A stretch of 64,000 nt of DNA from Octopus sinensis (GCF_006345805.1 NC_043007.1:55180001-55244000); one strand, 5' to 3'. Shown: positions 39,406 through 55,678, counted from the stretch's first letter. The notes: a model not told the origin generated them from the sequence alone. A program made the numbers and translations.

Positions 39406-39670
39406 CATGTATATAGAAAAGTACGCCTGATCGTTCGGACAAACGTCATAGGATGTATTGAGCTAAACAGAGAAAAACATAGTTAAGTAGACAAACATGG
39501 TAATGATTTCATCACGATTTTGAATACTTCACTCATTAAATATTTTAACACTAATTTAAATATTGTTGCCTTCTTGAGCTTACGACAATGAAGGTACAAA
39601 TTTAGTAATTCGTTCTTCACTTCTACCAGTAAGTTGAAGCTATACTTCACAGATCACCTCAGAATTAATT
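39027..39670. repeat. ~90-bp inverted repeat pair (39027-39117 / 39580-39670) around a GA-rich spacer
   Basis: CTGTGAAGTATAGCTTCAACTTACTGGTAGAAGTGAAGAACGAATTACTAAATT.GTACCTTCATTGTCGTAA and its reverse complement. Confidence 0.9.
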
Positions 39671-39697
39671 CAAAGTATATCATGAGTTACCTCCGCT

Positions 39698-39752
<55 letters not shown>

Positions 39753-40516
39753 GTGCTTGTGTGTGTGAGTATTTGTGTTTGTGTGTGTGTGTATGTATAC
39801 ATGTATGCTTATATATGAAATTCAACTAATGGTGTATCTAAGAAAGTAACTTCGATGATTTATTTTCTATAAACAGAAAGATGTATTTGATTATACATTT
39901 TTAGAGTGTTTTTGAATGTTTATGCATATTTACTTATGTGTGTATAGTCTTGTTTGTGAGTGTGAGTGTGCGTATGCGTGTTGTATCCATGAGCATAGAC
40001 TGACCATGACATCGGAGAATAGCAGACCTAAACCACAAGAAAACTACAAATGGTCAATAGATTGAGACGAATGTAATCATCTGGCGTAATTACTAGCATC
40101 ATAAAAAAGCGGTAACTCAGTAAAAAACTCGTTAGATAACGAAATAAAATGGCGGATACGAAACGGTGGCTAATATCGATATGACGTTAAAGTTTGTTGA
40201 AAAATCAATTTAATTTACTGACAACTTTTTACATGATACACAAGATTTAGCCGGGAACATTAAGAAGGCCAATATGACTATATAAACAACACTGCGAAAG
40301 AGTAATATATAAAAAACAATAAATGCATTTATAGATACACATATACCGACACATTTAAATGCATACATTCATACATACATACATTCATACATACATACAT
40401 ACATACATACATACATACATACATACATACATACATACATACATACATACATACATAATACATACATACATACATACGTACAGCTTTATTTTTTACATTA
40501 ATCTTAATCTTATTTC

Positions 40517-40561
40517 GGCCAGAGTTTTTTCGTCACACTTCTGTGACCTCGTCAGTGGTCC
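40517..40561 (-). ncRNA. Hammerhead-like motif from a different family
   Basis: CCA-CTGACGA-G-GTCAC-agaagt-GTGAC-GAAA-aaacTC-TGG: canonical core, 5-bp stem II, stem I CCA/TGG, stem III decayed. Confidence 0.5.
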
Positions 40562-40782
40562 TTTGCTTTCTTCTTTGTTATTTGTGTGTCTCTCCTTACT
40601 AACGGTCAGCCATTTTGTATTTTGTATTCCTATTGCCTTATTTGCGCATGCGTATACCTCTATGTGTGTCTAAGTTTAGTTAGTGTGTGTGTGTGGGAAA
40701 GTGCCTGTAATATTTGTATCTCCTGTTTATACACGTTCGTGTAATTTGTTTCTGTTTATTTTGTTCATGTATTTACACCTAC

Positions 40783-40844
<62 letters not shown>

Positions 40845-40854
40845 GTTATTATCA

Positions 40855-40925
<71 letters not shown>

Positions 40926-40928
<3 letters not shown>

Positions 40929-41591
40929 TAGTTTTATTTTTATAGCGTGCTTTCACTTCAGTACCGAGCGCAGCTCTGTGTGCCTTGGGTATGTGCTGTG
41001 ATTTGTTGTGATGCTCTGATGGTTATTGTATGGAAAGTGTTCTGCGTAGGATGTGTGCAGTGCCTAGTAGTGCAATTTTCTGTATGTTATATGTGTTTGT
41101 AAGTCCTGGTGTTTTTGTTATGTATTTGTCTGAATATTTTTTTATCATGCCTAATGCACCTACTATGATAGGGATTGTTTCTGTTTTCAGATTCCACATT
41201 CTAGTTATCTCTATTTCCAGGTCTTTGTATTTTGAGAGTTTCTCCATTTCTTTTAGAGACACGTTGTCATCTGCCGGTATTGATACATCAATTAGAAAGC
41301 ATTTTTTTTCTTCATGATCTCTGACAACTATATCTGGTCTGTTGGCCTTAATTTCTCTATCTGTGTGTATCGGCATATCCCAGAGTATTGTTGCTTTCTC
41401 GTTTTCTGTGACCTTTTCTGGTGTGTGCCTATACCATCTTTTTTCTGTTGTTATTCCATAATGTTGGCATAGCTTCCAATGTATGTAGGTTCCAACTCTG
41501 TCATGTCTGTGAATATATTCCTTCTTAGCCAGGACTGGGCAGCTAGAGATAATATGATTTATTGTTTCTTGTCCATCTCCACATATTCTGC
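40926..41591 (-). mobile_element. R4/Dong LINE 3' fragment (restriction-like endonuclease), copy 1
   Basis: ORF 41023-41376 reads ANRPDIVV...LIDVSIP...EKLSKYKDL...PIIVGALG. The 3' end runs into (TAA)n. Confidence 0.9.
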
Positions 41592-41637
41592 ATCATCATC
41601 ATCATCATCATCATCATCTTCATCATCATCATCATCA

Positions 41638-41674
<37 letters not shown>

Positions 41675-41716
41675 TACTATTACTATTACTATTAATATTA
41701 TTATTATTATTATTAC

Positions 41717-42585
<869 letters not shown>

Positions 42586-42589
42586 AAAA

Positions 42590-43340
42590 ATCCCTCTACC
42601 TTAACTTCTCCTCCTACCACCCTACCCATACTAAGCCTACCATCCTTCTACCCTGCCCCTCCAACGCACCATTCTCTGATCCTTCCGGAGGTCCATAACC
42701 TGCGTGACTTCATGGTCCTTAGTTTCTCCCATAACGCCACTTCCCACGCTATCGTACATGCCCCTACCTCCCCAACACCACCATCCTCACAAGCACCCAT
42801 CATCTTCCCAATCACGTCACTGATTCCTTTACCTGCATTCCTAGTAACGTCATTTAGTGCATCTCCTGTTCTTTCTGCCCTTCTTTGTACATCGGTCAAA
42901 AGGGACGCTTCTTGGCTGACCGGTTCGCGGAGCACCTCCGAGACATCAGAGTCGGCAATGACACCCCGGTCTCGTACCATTTCCGCTCTACCGGTCATTC
43001 AGTACAACATCTGTCTGTGTTCGGACTGTCTTTGCACAGGGGACCATCGCCGTGAACAGGAATTAATATTCTTTCTTCGTGCCTTTGCGTCACATGGGCT
43101 CAAATCCCCTCCTCTCTTCATCTTACACCTACCACTTCTCTTCCCTCCTATCTACATCCTCTCTTCATTGATAACACCATCAAATACCTCTGTTTACTCT
43201 CTCTTATATCTTTCTGTTGAAGAGTGTAGGCTCGAAATATAAAAGACTTTTTCATTTTCCCGAGCGTCAAATTATTACATCCGGCTTGTTGTTCATACAT
43301 CTGTCTTCGTCTTTTGTTTTTCTATAAATTTCAACTATAT
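42590..43340 (+). mobile_element. Deleted Neptune-like Penelope fragment (GIY-YIG) with a hammerhead terminus at 43209-43246
   Basis: LYIGQKG...LADRFAEHLRDIR...PVSYHF at about 42885-42985; TCTTTCTGTTGAAGAGTGTAGGCTCGAAATATAAAAGA. Confidence 0.8.
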
Positions 43341-43509
43341 AAGAGGGATAAATACTAAGTGAACATCCATTACGCTAGAGGTAGACCCCATACGGTCTGA
43401 CCATTAAGAAAAGATTGTTCTCAAGAAAATTCAGCAAACGTCAGAACGTAAGCGAGCAAGACAAATGAAAATATACAAAATATAAAGATTAATCACAAAC
43501 TCGGTTTCA

Positions 43510-45232
43510 TTGTTACCTCACTCTCCCGCGAACATCTAGACTCCTTCCTCTCTTTTGTCAAATCTTTCCATATTGCCCTCCACTTCTGCACTATTTCCGA
43601 CACCTCAGTCGCCTTTCTTGACATTTTGGTCAGCATTCATCACTCCACTTTCATCACCTCCATCCACTACAAACACACAAACTCACACTCATACCTCAAC
43701 TTCTCCTCCCACCCTAAACACACCAAGCTCTCTATCCCCTATTCCCAATTCCTCCGTCTACGCAGGCTCTGCAGTGACGACTATGACTTTGAGACTCAGT
43801 CTCAACTCATGGCTCGCCAATTCATCCTTCGTGGATATCCCCTCACCACTATCTACACCCCCTTGCCAGAGCACGTTCCATAAACCGTGCATCTGCTCTG
43901 CCCCCGCACTCGCACCGCCTTCACCCGTCTCCTGTTTCCCCTCAACCCCCACCACTCTACCTCTCCAACGCACCATTTTCCGAGATTCCCGGCGACTCCA
44001 GTCCGACCCCTCCACTTCGCACATCTTCCCTAACCGACTCCTCCCCTCCTTCAAACAAGCCCACAATCTATGAGAACGCTTGGTCCACAGCTTCTTCCCT
44101 AACCCAGCCTCCTAACCCGGCTCATTCCCCTGCTCCCGCCCACGCTGCTGCACTTGCCCTTACCTCTCCAACACCAACCTCCTAACAGACAGCCATCATC
44201 GACCATATCATCTGCACTGACTCCTTCATCTGCACTTTTAGCATCATCTGCTCTCCCTGTCCTTCTCTATACATAGGTCAAACGGGACGCCGTTTAGCTG
44301 ACCGGCCCGTGGAACACTTCCGAGACATTGGACTCGTCAACGACATCCCGGTCTCGCGTCATTTCCGCTCTAACGGTCATTCTGTACAACACCTGTCTGT
44401 TTACGGATTGTCTTTGCACAGGAGCCATCAAGACTTCCGTCTTCGCTGTGAGCAAGGATTAATCTTCTCTCTTCGCTCCTTTGCGACACATGGGCTCAAC
44501 TCCTCTCCCTTCTTCATCTAACCTTCCTCTTCTCTCCTCTCTTCCTCTTACACTTCTTCCTACTCACCTCTCCTCTTTTGCTCTGGCACCTACTTCCTCT
44601 CTTCTCTCCTATCCACCTTCTCCATTCTACCCTCTCTCTTCATCCTTACCCTCCCTCGTTACCCACCCCTACACTTTCCAACCCCACCATCCCTATTCAT
44701 CTCATTCCACCCCACCCCATCCCTTAGACGCCACCCTTGCTTCCCCCACTCTCGCCTCCCCCACACCCAACACCACCACACCACACCACACCACACCATC
44801 ACACTACCACACCACATCAGACCATCCCGCACACACTAGCACTGACCACTTCCCAGCAACCACACCAGTGCACACACTAGCACTGACCACTTTCCAGCAC
44901 CCACACCATCATCCACACACCTACACATGCACACACGCACACAACAAGGTCACCAGTCCCCTTCCACACGCAAATACACGCTCTCACATACACATGCACG
45001 CGCACCTTCATTTTGGAATGACCGCTACTTTATTATCATCCTTTCTTCCTATGATAGATCGCTAGCCACTAAACCTTTTCTATTTTCTCTCCCTGTTTAT
45101 TTCTGTGTTCCTTTCTGTAGAAGAGCGTAGGCTCGAAACGTAAAAGACATTTTCCCTTCCGAGCGTTAAACTAATACACCTGTTTGTTGTTTACACACCC
45201 GTCTTCGTCTTTTTATTTTTTGTAAATTCTCA
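43510..45232 (+). mobile_element. Neptune-like Penelope element, 5'-truncated, with a hammerhead terminus at 45111-45146
   Basis: TSIHYKHTNSHSYLNFSSHPKHTKLSIPYSQFLRLRRLCSD; YIGQTGRRLADR..EHFRDI; CA-rich 3' region; CTTTCTGTAGAAGAGCGTAGGCTCGAAACGTAAAAG, followed by (TA)n. Confidence 0.88.
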
Positions 45233-45329
45233 CTATATATATATATATATATATATACAAATTAGTAAATGTTTTATAGATATATATACATGCCTATATA
45301 TATGCATGTATATATGTATATATATGTGC

Positions 45330-45726
<397 letters not shown>

Positions 45727-48700
45727 ATAGATCAACTCGTGTGTTCCTTTTCATCCTTATACATGTTTGCATGTCAGTGTGTATGTGTATGAGTATGTGT
45801 GTAGACAGTATATATAAGGAACTTCATCGTTATTTAAATTCCACATTTCACAACCATAGCCACAGAATATTTGTACTCAGTTTCAGATACCACGGAAAAC
45901 AGAAAATAAATGTATTCTTTCATTACTTCACATTGTAATTTATATTCCTCAAATATTATGTTTTATATTCTATAATCCGAAATGATATTTTTTTTTATAA
46001 TGATTGAATGTATTTCCATTTTATAAGAATTATCATTCTGATTAATAAGACACAATACTTGAATATTTTCAAAGCACAAGCAAATTTACACATGAAACAA
46101 TGGAAGAATGCGCTATTTTCAATTTCCTGTAGTATTTGAAAGCCCGTACTAATTAATGGGAAATTTCGATTAGCTATTTATATCTTTGTCAGCTTCTGCA
46201 CAATATTCAACTTCATTTAAGGACCTCTGAACAATTGTTAGATATGTCTGCGTAACATACTTCGTAGGTGGCCAGAAAAGATGTGTCTTGGAAGATGTTA
46301 CAGTGTAGAACATTGTCTTGAGGAATGCTGTAGATCTGCATTCCCCAAACATGATAAAGAGCCTCTTTGCTATTAGTCTCTGTTTCGATTTACGATTCAA
46401 TTCATAGTAACGTTGTCTTAATAACCCGGACAGCATGATAGAAGATATGTTGCATCAATTCCGAAACTAAAAGAACCCATACCTAAAGTTTACTTCTATC
46501 ATGTGAAACCAAGATATAATATTTATTGAAAATATTGTTCGGTCTATGGCAGACAAGGACCTTGAAGAATGTAGACGACGAGCTCCGGCTCTTCTGCAGC
46601 AGCTCTCAGTAGAAAGATTTTGAATAAAGTCTGAAGAAGAAAGCAGACACTTACACTACTACTCAAGACTCTCTATATCTCTTTATTTTGCTCATTCATG
46701 TTTACTCAAAAAGAGAACTTGAACCTGGGATTAGATAAAAACGCTCTGCCTACATATCTCTTTCAGAACGCGCAAGTGTGCTTTTTGTTATCTCATCTAA
46801 CCACATGAATATTAGATATATTTCTCCCAAACTTGCTCGAGTGTCGAACTGGAATTCACCAGCAACAATTAAGCTCTCTATAGGGGTTGGGTGGGGTTGG
46901 ATAGGGTCAAGATGTCTGATAACAAAATAGCTCATCTCGATAAGCTGCTTACACGTGAATTAACTGTAAAACTGAATAAGTTACAACTTAACGGATAATA
47001 TTTTGATATATAGTGTATAGCATATATTTCAGACTGAAACCTCTCAACAGTACATATGTACGCATGCCCCCCCCACCTCACACACACATACATATATTAT
47101 TACACACATATGTAAACGTTTAATCATTTTCAGATAACATGAATATGAGGAAAATCTTAGAGAAATTAAGTAAAAATATATAAATAAATTTAACGACTGT
47201 ATCTAAAATTTGAATCATGTATTATTAATGTTGTTGAAGATGGAAATGAAAATAATTTGGGCGGAGACAATTTAAGAAAATAGAAACAAAAGCGTTATTT
47301 TATGTATGTTGCACATCTGTATTGATTTATACATAAGAAATATGTGCATATTTTCCAAACGTATTACAATTTTGATTTTGAATTTAATTTATAGATGAAA
47401 ACCTATTGCTGTTATCTTAAAAGCTATAAAAACAAACAAACAAAAACAAATCATTAGATTTTTCACTATTTCATTCAATCTGATAAGTTTCAATCATTAT
47501 TAAATAGATAATTGCTTCAAATTTTGGAACAATACCAATAAATACAACGAGAAGGGGCCAGTCGATTACATTGGCCTAGTATTTGACTGACACTTTACTT
47601 TAACGCCTTCGAGAGGATGAACAGCAAAGATACTCACGTCGGGATTTGAACTCAAAACGTAAAGAGCAGGGAGGTCTGCTATTAAGAATAATTTGTCCGA
47701 TGCGCTAAAGATTCCCCTAGCTCATCTATTGTCAGTGTATTGAATAAAGAAATGTATAAAAATTTAAATATGTTAGTCTATATCTCCATAATAACAGCGT
47801 GAAGTTGTTGTAATGAATTATCAATGATAATATTAAAAAAACATCGCGTAATGGTCTTTCAAATCTTGTGACTTGGATTAGAATCTTATGACTTAATACT
47901 GAAGAATTTAACAATGTCAAAAATATTGGTTTCAGACTTCGGCACAGTATTGGGGGAGGAGTAAGTCGATTACATCGACTCCAGTGCTCAACTGATACAT
48001 ATTTTATGGACCTCGAAAGGATGAAAGGCAAAGTCAACTTCAGCTCAGAACGTGAAGACGGACAAAATTCCGCTCATCATTTTGCCCGGCGTGCTAACGA
48101 TTCCGCCAGCTCTCCACCTTACGTAATGTCAAATATATCGTTTGTAGATTTTCATCAGAACTTATCGGATGTTAAAGACTTTACGATTAGTTAAAACGTG
48201 ATGGAATTTTATTCATCATAGTTTCCTAAAGAAAATCCAGCGCCATATAAGATTAGGACACCCACCCATTGCTGCTGCTTCCGGAGTTTAACCTATCAGT
48301 TCACACAGAATCCCGTATCCACTTTAAATCGAGTTGATGAGTTACTCCAGCGAATCTCTGAAACGTGTGTTTGCATATTTTCATCTGTGTTATTTGAAAT
48401 AGATATAACGCTGAATGTTATCTTCTTCCCTTTCGACACATAAAATGTCCTCTGAAAGATGATGTCAAGAATTACTCAGCTAGAGAATTATTTGCATTAA
48501 CATTTGTGGACGTTTGTTCGACATTGACTCTACCCACCATCTCCTCGCATATAAATAACGAATTTTATTTCTCACCTTCAAATACACATATCAATAAATC
48601 ACCTCTGCTTCCAGGGTCCTGTCGTCCATGTTCTAACTTCACGACATCTGTTACACCTCACTCTCTCATAATTCATCTTCTTTGGCTAGATATCTTTAGT

Positions 48701-51700
48701 TATTCTAGCACATTTCATTTCTTTAAATTCCTTTAACAAGAAGGCAACAAATTGGAAGAATCATTTGAGAGTCTCGCGATAATTGTTCTAATCCTTTCCC
48801 TTCTTTCCGTGTTCAAGTACCGCCGAAGTCATATTTACCTGTCATGCCTTTGGAATAGATAAACAATGTTCCTAAGTGGAGGATTGGCGGAAGTTTTAGC
48901 GCATTGTGGTATTTGTTCCAGTTCTTACGTTTCCGGGCAGGTGTGATGAAATTGTCTATATGTTGTCAACAAGATGGTGTCTCGTAAACTAGAAGCAATT
49001 ATCACAGTCTTCCACGATAGTTCCATGGCAACAAGCACATAACGCTTGTTTCAGTCATCATTAAGGGTTGCTCGTTGATGCGATAAGAAACAAATTTTTT
49101 TTACGATTCTTTTAACTTCTCTCAACATTACCAATTGTTCGACAGTCTCTTGTTTTGTATTGAATGGCTCTCTATAACCCAGACCAACATTCCATTAACT
49201 GTAACATAAACATCACTTCTTTGATTTTGCACACCACCAACATCGACACACAATCAATATCTTTGCTAATCTGAATGTATCTTCTCCGCTTCACAGTTAC
49301 TCACCGTCTTTCCTCATCGTTTTGGAACCTTTCAGATCACCAGAGTATTGTCTAATCAAAGCAACCAACATCAACTTCCCTAACCGTATCACTTAAACTT
49401 CTGGAAGAAGCACCACTCGATTTATGCCGACTTCCTAACAAAATGAATTTCATTCCTGGATTATCTAAGATAACTAAACAATAGGTCCTTTCATATTTCT
49501 TACACTGTAACAGGTTACAGTCCCAAACTCCAAAATGGTTCATTTTACAGTAGTATTGGCAAAAATCATTGCTTGCAAAATTTGACAGAGGTTACCAACA
49601 CGACGACAACTAGAGCGACGACGAAGAACACCCCCCCCCATAATCATCCCTGTAATCATCATCGCTTGTCTCTGTAAGCCCCACTTTCTGCTCACGTATT
49701 CTACAACTATTCAACATCCACCCTCACAGTCATACATGCAATTACCTGTTGCACTCTGCCTTTGAGTCAGTTCTCCTCTAAAGATAACCAACATTTTTTT
49801 TCTCTTTTTTTCCGTCGGCCATTTTCCATCGAGCTTTTGTGGTCCGCACAGACTGCAAGTTTTCATACCTTTGCAATGTATGTGTGTGTGTGCCCGCATA
49901 TGTATGTGTGTGTTTGTGTCTATGTATGTATGTGTATGTCTGTCTATGTGTGTATGTATGCATACACATGTATACATCTCACCCTGGGTTATTTCATTTA
50001 TCTCATTTTCCTGTCATTAATGCAAATTCTCTAGAGCGTAAATGTATTCTAGGACAATTGCTGTGTTGATGACCAGAGAGCCCACTTGTCTCTAGACAAT
50101 CACACTAGTCTTTACTTAATGTCGTGTCAATTTTTGAGAAAACTTGATTCTTGAAATTATCGGTCGCATTATATGGTCCCAGTTGCCACCAAAACGACTT
50201 TTCTATTTCCTCTAGAAGAGGAGATATTTACAATAAGTCAAGAATTTATCTCGCATGTAATTTAAAATACAATTAATCGTCTTTGCCGTTTAAATGCATG
50301 CCTCTGACAATTCTAAGTTTTTTTTTCTGTTTGCTCATTTTCAATTGACACGTTCTTGTTGTCACCACAGTTATGTCCAGTTAATGAACTCCAATGACTT
50401 GGCCTTTAGTAACTCAGATATACCACCCTGGGCCGCCTAGCTTACCCCAATACACACGATGTTAACATTGCCTTTTATCGTTCTGTAAATGACAGAATTA
50501 GTGAAATACTATAGTCAAAATTTTTCGATTATTCCCACCTCACTCACAAATTTCTGGTCTTGCAACTGTTACAAATTATTGAGACTGTTATTACACCAAA
50601 AATTGGATGTTTGAATTCGTTTGTCCCACGCTTCTGGTAACATAGTATTGTACTGGAATATGGAAACAACTTTGAAAGAGAAGTCCAGTCTTAATCATCC
50701 AAATGTTTTTTCATTAACTATTGCAATATCTTTAGAATTTCTCTTCTATTGACTTTATTATAGAAATGCGAATTTAAAGATTTTATGAAAGAAATTCGAT
50801 TTAAATACTTCTAGATATAATAATAAAGCAAACACAGTTTACTCAAAATGAATCAAAACTATAAATAAATCTTTAATAGAATGAAAATGAAAAGACGGAA
50901 CTACTTCTAACAATTCTTTATAAACCAAGATAAACATCGTTTACAGTTTTTCAAATGATTTGACAAATTAGAATCACCCCTTCCTTCGACAATCTCGTAT
51001 TCGCACATAACAACAAGACATATATCTAAAGACATAAATTTTGTTCTTATGATTTTCCTTCAATTAATCGGAACGCTTTGTTATGCATTTATTGTTGCTG
51101 CGAATTAACTTCTAGCTCTTTGCTTCTCTTATTGCTGTTGTCGAAGTACTTGTTTCTGTTCAATAGAGCAGAGTTTACGTGATCGTTCGTTCTTGTGTTG
51201 CTGCCATTTAGAAATGATTGTCCTGAAGTATCTTTCACAAATTACTCCACCATCGGGATTCTTAATCCTCCAGCATTAGATTTTACTCAATTGACACTGA
51301 GGTAGAGACACTGTTCCAGATGGCTTTTAATATGTCAGGGTTAATAAACCCTTGAAATTCTGTCACTAAATCAACTCAGTTCTTTTCTTACAGTGTATAC
51401 TTTATTTTTATTTCCTGCACCATTTTATAAACACCACGACCGTTAATGGATGCTTAAACATATGCAAGTTCAGGGTGCTACATTCATCTTTCTCATGTAA
51501 CGTTTCTCGAAGCTGAACACCAGTTCCAAGTGGCGGAGGTACACATTCTCAAATGTCTCACTATAAAATGGTTGTTAATCATTCTCAAATACCTCTTTTA
51601 GGAGTAATTTCAATGATTTTTGGTGAATGGCAAGAAACATCGACGTCTTTCATTTCAATATTATTTCTTGATATATTTGACGATATAGTTTGATGTAAAA

Positions 51701-52234
51701 CCAATTCTAATCATTCCTCTGAAGTTTGAGTAGAATAACCTCCATGTAGCGATACTGTATGGCACTTGCAATCCTTGATGGCGCTGCTGCTGTTGCTTTG
51801 GCCCGAGGTCAGCTTTGATCAAGCAACCACAGAATTAGAAAGGTTCGGTTATGACTATCATATTCTACTCTTCAAACACACATTATCTAATGTCATTTCT
51901 TTTTTAAGATAGTGTGTCATAAAAAGAAATTTGGCTGCTATTTCCAGCGAGTCGAGAGACTAAATAGATTTACCACCGAAGATGCTGCTGCAATTATTTA
52001 TTTGTAGCTGTTCACTTGTTAGTAACCACCCTGTAGAGCTAGATCAAAGGGGATTAAACCATGACCCCCCATCTTTTTTATTACGGTTGGGTGTAATTTG
52101 AGACAGAATTGACTGTTATTTCTAGCACATCAAATGACTGCCATTGGTATTGTTGATGTTGTTATTGTTACCATACTACAGTTGTTCAAGATGCAGTAAA
52201 CTGAATCAGGATTACCGATTAGTAACACAATTAC

Positions 52235-52293
<59 letters not shown>

Positions 52294-53499
52294 CTTACAG
52301 TTCTGTCAAACTACTACCTTCTATTGGTATCATTTTATCGAGAGGATGAACGACCTGGACGGAATTTGAACTCAGAGCGCAAACTCGGAAGAACACAATG
52401 AAACATTCTGTGCCACACTCTAACGACTCTGGTAACCACCCTTTATCTTACTTATGTGCCTTATAAGTGAAACTGACGGAGAAACTACATGTAAATTCAT
52501 AAACAAAATTACCACTACCGCCGCCGCTGCCGCTACCGTCACCAGCCCCAGCCCCAGCCCCAGACCCAGCCCCAGCCCCAGCCCCCAGCACCAGCCCGAC
52601 CACCAGCACCACCATCCCCACCACCGTCAACAACAATAACAACAATTACGATAAAAAATATTTAATGAGTTAAATCCTTGAAAATTAAAATAGCTTCTCT
52701 CATTTAATCGCTTAATCTGGTAAAAAGGGTTTCTTTGGAAACAGTCTTGCAATATTTTATTTATTTTGCATGAAATCTTAAATAGTAGCATGGACTTTGT
52801 ATTTTTGTTTCACTGAAGTTAATGTACATAAAAAAAATGATAACATTTCGTCTCGTTTCAATTTAAAATTGGGATCATTAAAACCAACAAAAATAGAAAA
52901 TAGGAAGAAGCTCAAGAAAAAATGTTGTTTATCTTCAACAACATGAATTAGTATGTATTTTAGACGGAACAAATAACGTGATTGACAATGGTAGTGCTTG
53001 GTTTATTTAGAGGAGGAAGAGCAGGCCTATGATATTTCTCTGGGTATCGAAGACTGATGGGCCGTTGGGAAGAATTTATCCTCGAGTAGATGCTCCATCT
53101 CATGGTCTTCTATGGAATTTCCGTCCACTGATTTTCATTCACAAGACTTTGTATAACACATTTAGTAGCAACAGTGCAATGCGATCAAACCGGAAACAGC
53201 GAATGAAAACGGGACGTGTTGAGATTACGAGAAAAAATGCGTCTGAAGAGTATTAAGTGGTTAACGAATTATCTGTAAAGCAGGTGAGAAACCGAGGAAT
53301 TTTAAAAGCTAGGCAGATATATATTAATATATAATCTGAGAGCAAAGGGAACGCATATTTTAATCTAACATGATCGCCCAGCACAACATATTTACAGCAC
53401 AATTTGAACTCTGTCATTGAGTTTATTGTTCTTTACAAAGTATAACGTTTAATATTGTGTTTATATGTGAATACATACGTGCGTACATACATAAACGTA

Positions 53500-54597
53500 A
53501 GCATTGCTCTCTCTCTGCGCTTCTCTATACATCGGGCAAACGGGACGCCGTTTGGTTGACCGGTTCGCAGAACACCTCCGAGACATCCGGTCACTCTATG
53601 CAACACCCGTCTGTGTTCGGATTGTCCTTACACAGGGGCCATCTGGACTCACGTCTTCGCCGTGAACAGAGATTAATCTTCTCTCTACGCTCCTTTGTCC
53701 CGTATGGGCTCAACTCTCCTCCCCTCTTCATCTAACCCTCATCCCCTCACCTCTCTTCCTACCACCCACCTCTCCTCTCTTGGTCCGATTCCTACTTCTT
53801 CTCTACACTCTTACCCTCCTTCTCTCCTCTCTCCTCTTCACTCCTACCCACCTTTCCCTCCCCCTCTCACTTCATCGTCACCCCTACACAATCCAACCCA
53901 CCTTCCCTATCCATCCTATCCCATCCCACTCCATCCCTTACACCCACTCCCACATGCTCCACCTCTACCACCACCTTCACCCTAACCAAGACCCCGCACT
54001 TTCTTTCGTCACTCTCGCCTCCGTCACATCCCACCACCATCACACCACACTACACACCACCACACCACACACCACACACCACCACACCACACACCACCAC
54101 GCCAAACACCACCACACCACACACCACCACGCCACACACAACCACGCCACACACCACCACGCCACACACCACCACGCCACACACCACCACGCCACACACC
54201 ACAACACCACACACCACACCACCACACACCACCACACCACACCACACACCACCACGCACACACTAGCACTGACCACTTCTCAGCACCCACACTATCATCC
54301 ACACACCTACACATGCACACACGCACGCGCACCTTCGTTTTGGAATCACTTCTACTTTATTATCTAACTTTCTTCCTAGCTCTCCTGTGTGACCCCCCTG
54401 TCCGGCATTCGCCATGATAAATCGCTAGACATTACACATTCTTTAATTTCTCTCCCTGTTTCTTTCCGTGTTCCTTTTTGTGGAAAAGCGTAGGCTCGAA
54501 ACGTTAAAGACTTTTTCACTTCCCGTGTGTTAAACTAATACGTCTGTTTGTTGTTTACACCACCTGCCTTCGTCTTTTTTTTTGTGAATTCTCCCCA
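53500..54597 (+). mobile_element. Neptune-like Penelope 3' fragment, same family as 43510-45232
   Basis: LYIGQTGRRLVDRFAEHLRD at about 53525, a (CACCA)n/15-bp minisatellite, a decayed hammerhead at about 54475-54510, and a (TA)n end. Confidence 0.85.
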
Positions 54598-54669
54598 TAT
54601 ATATATATATACCTTTAAAAATGCTGGCCATTGATAGAATTTTTTTCGAAAAATTCTATCCTACATTAG

Positions 54670-54814
<145 letters not shown>

Positions 54815-54824
54815 ATATAATATA

Positions 54825-54867
<43 letters not shown>

Positions 54868-55077
54868 ATATAATATATTCGTTTTGCATTTATATGTATG
54901 TGTATATGTATGTGGTTTGCGCACATCTATCTGTATTTTAGTATGAGTATGTACTGTTGTGAAATATTTTAATATATTTTAATATATTTTAATTAAAATT
55001 TTTATGTATTAATTGTCAGAAATATTAAATTTCTAAATATCTCATAGAGATATGTACGCTGGTGGGGCGATAGGATT

Positions 55078-55254
55078 GTTGTATACTGTCAATTTAACGT
55101 GATAGTAGGGGATTACACCACCGTTGTTTAGCCCTAGGAAGCATCGACGCTTAGGAAAAAATGTGTCGAAGCTATCAGGAAGCGTCGATGCTTCCTAGGG
55201 CTAAACAGCGGTGGTGTAATCCCTTACTGTCACATTAAATTGACAGTACACAAC
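55078..55254. repeat. Hairpin with 75-bp arms and a 27-nt loop
   Basis: 55078-55152 is the reverse complement of 55180-55254 with about 5 mismatches. Confidence 0.92.
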
Positions 55255-55678
55255 CATTGTATTAATTGTGTTAATCGAATTATATTTTCTACATAATTAA
55301 TGACAATATGTATTTGAATCAAATCTTCGATTTAAGGTTTTTCCTCGATTTTTAAAATTTTACATTGAACTCATTTATTTGTTTTGTTTATTTTTGTTTA
55401 TCGCTCGCATATGATCGTTATTTGAAAGGACCAATCAAACAAATCCATTTTTAAAGGTGTAACGTTTATACTAGTATTGATAGAATTGTCATCTCGGTTC
55501 TATTTTAACAAAACTGTCCGACGAACGGGAACATGAAACTCTGTTAAACTTTTGTTAAATTTCTGCTGTTTTTAAATATAGCATATTACTCTACCTCTGG
55601 TATTTGAGTACTCTTTTTTCCACCTTGTTTCACATTTATGTGTTTACTCCGGTATATATATATACATACATATATATA

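Noticed and set aside
52500-52645. Gly/Ala- or Pro/Ser-rich ORF
   Set aside because: It is a (CCCCAG)n hexamer and trinucleotide simple repeat beside a decayed SINE.
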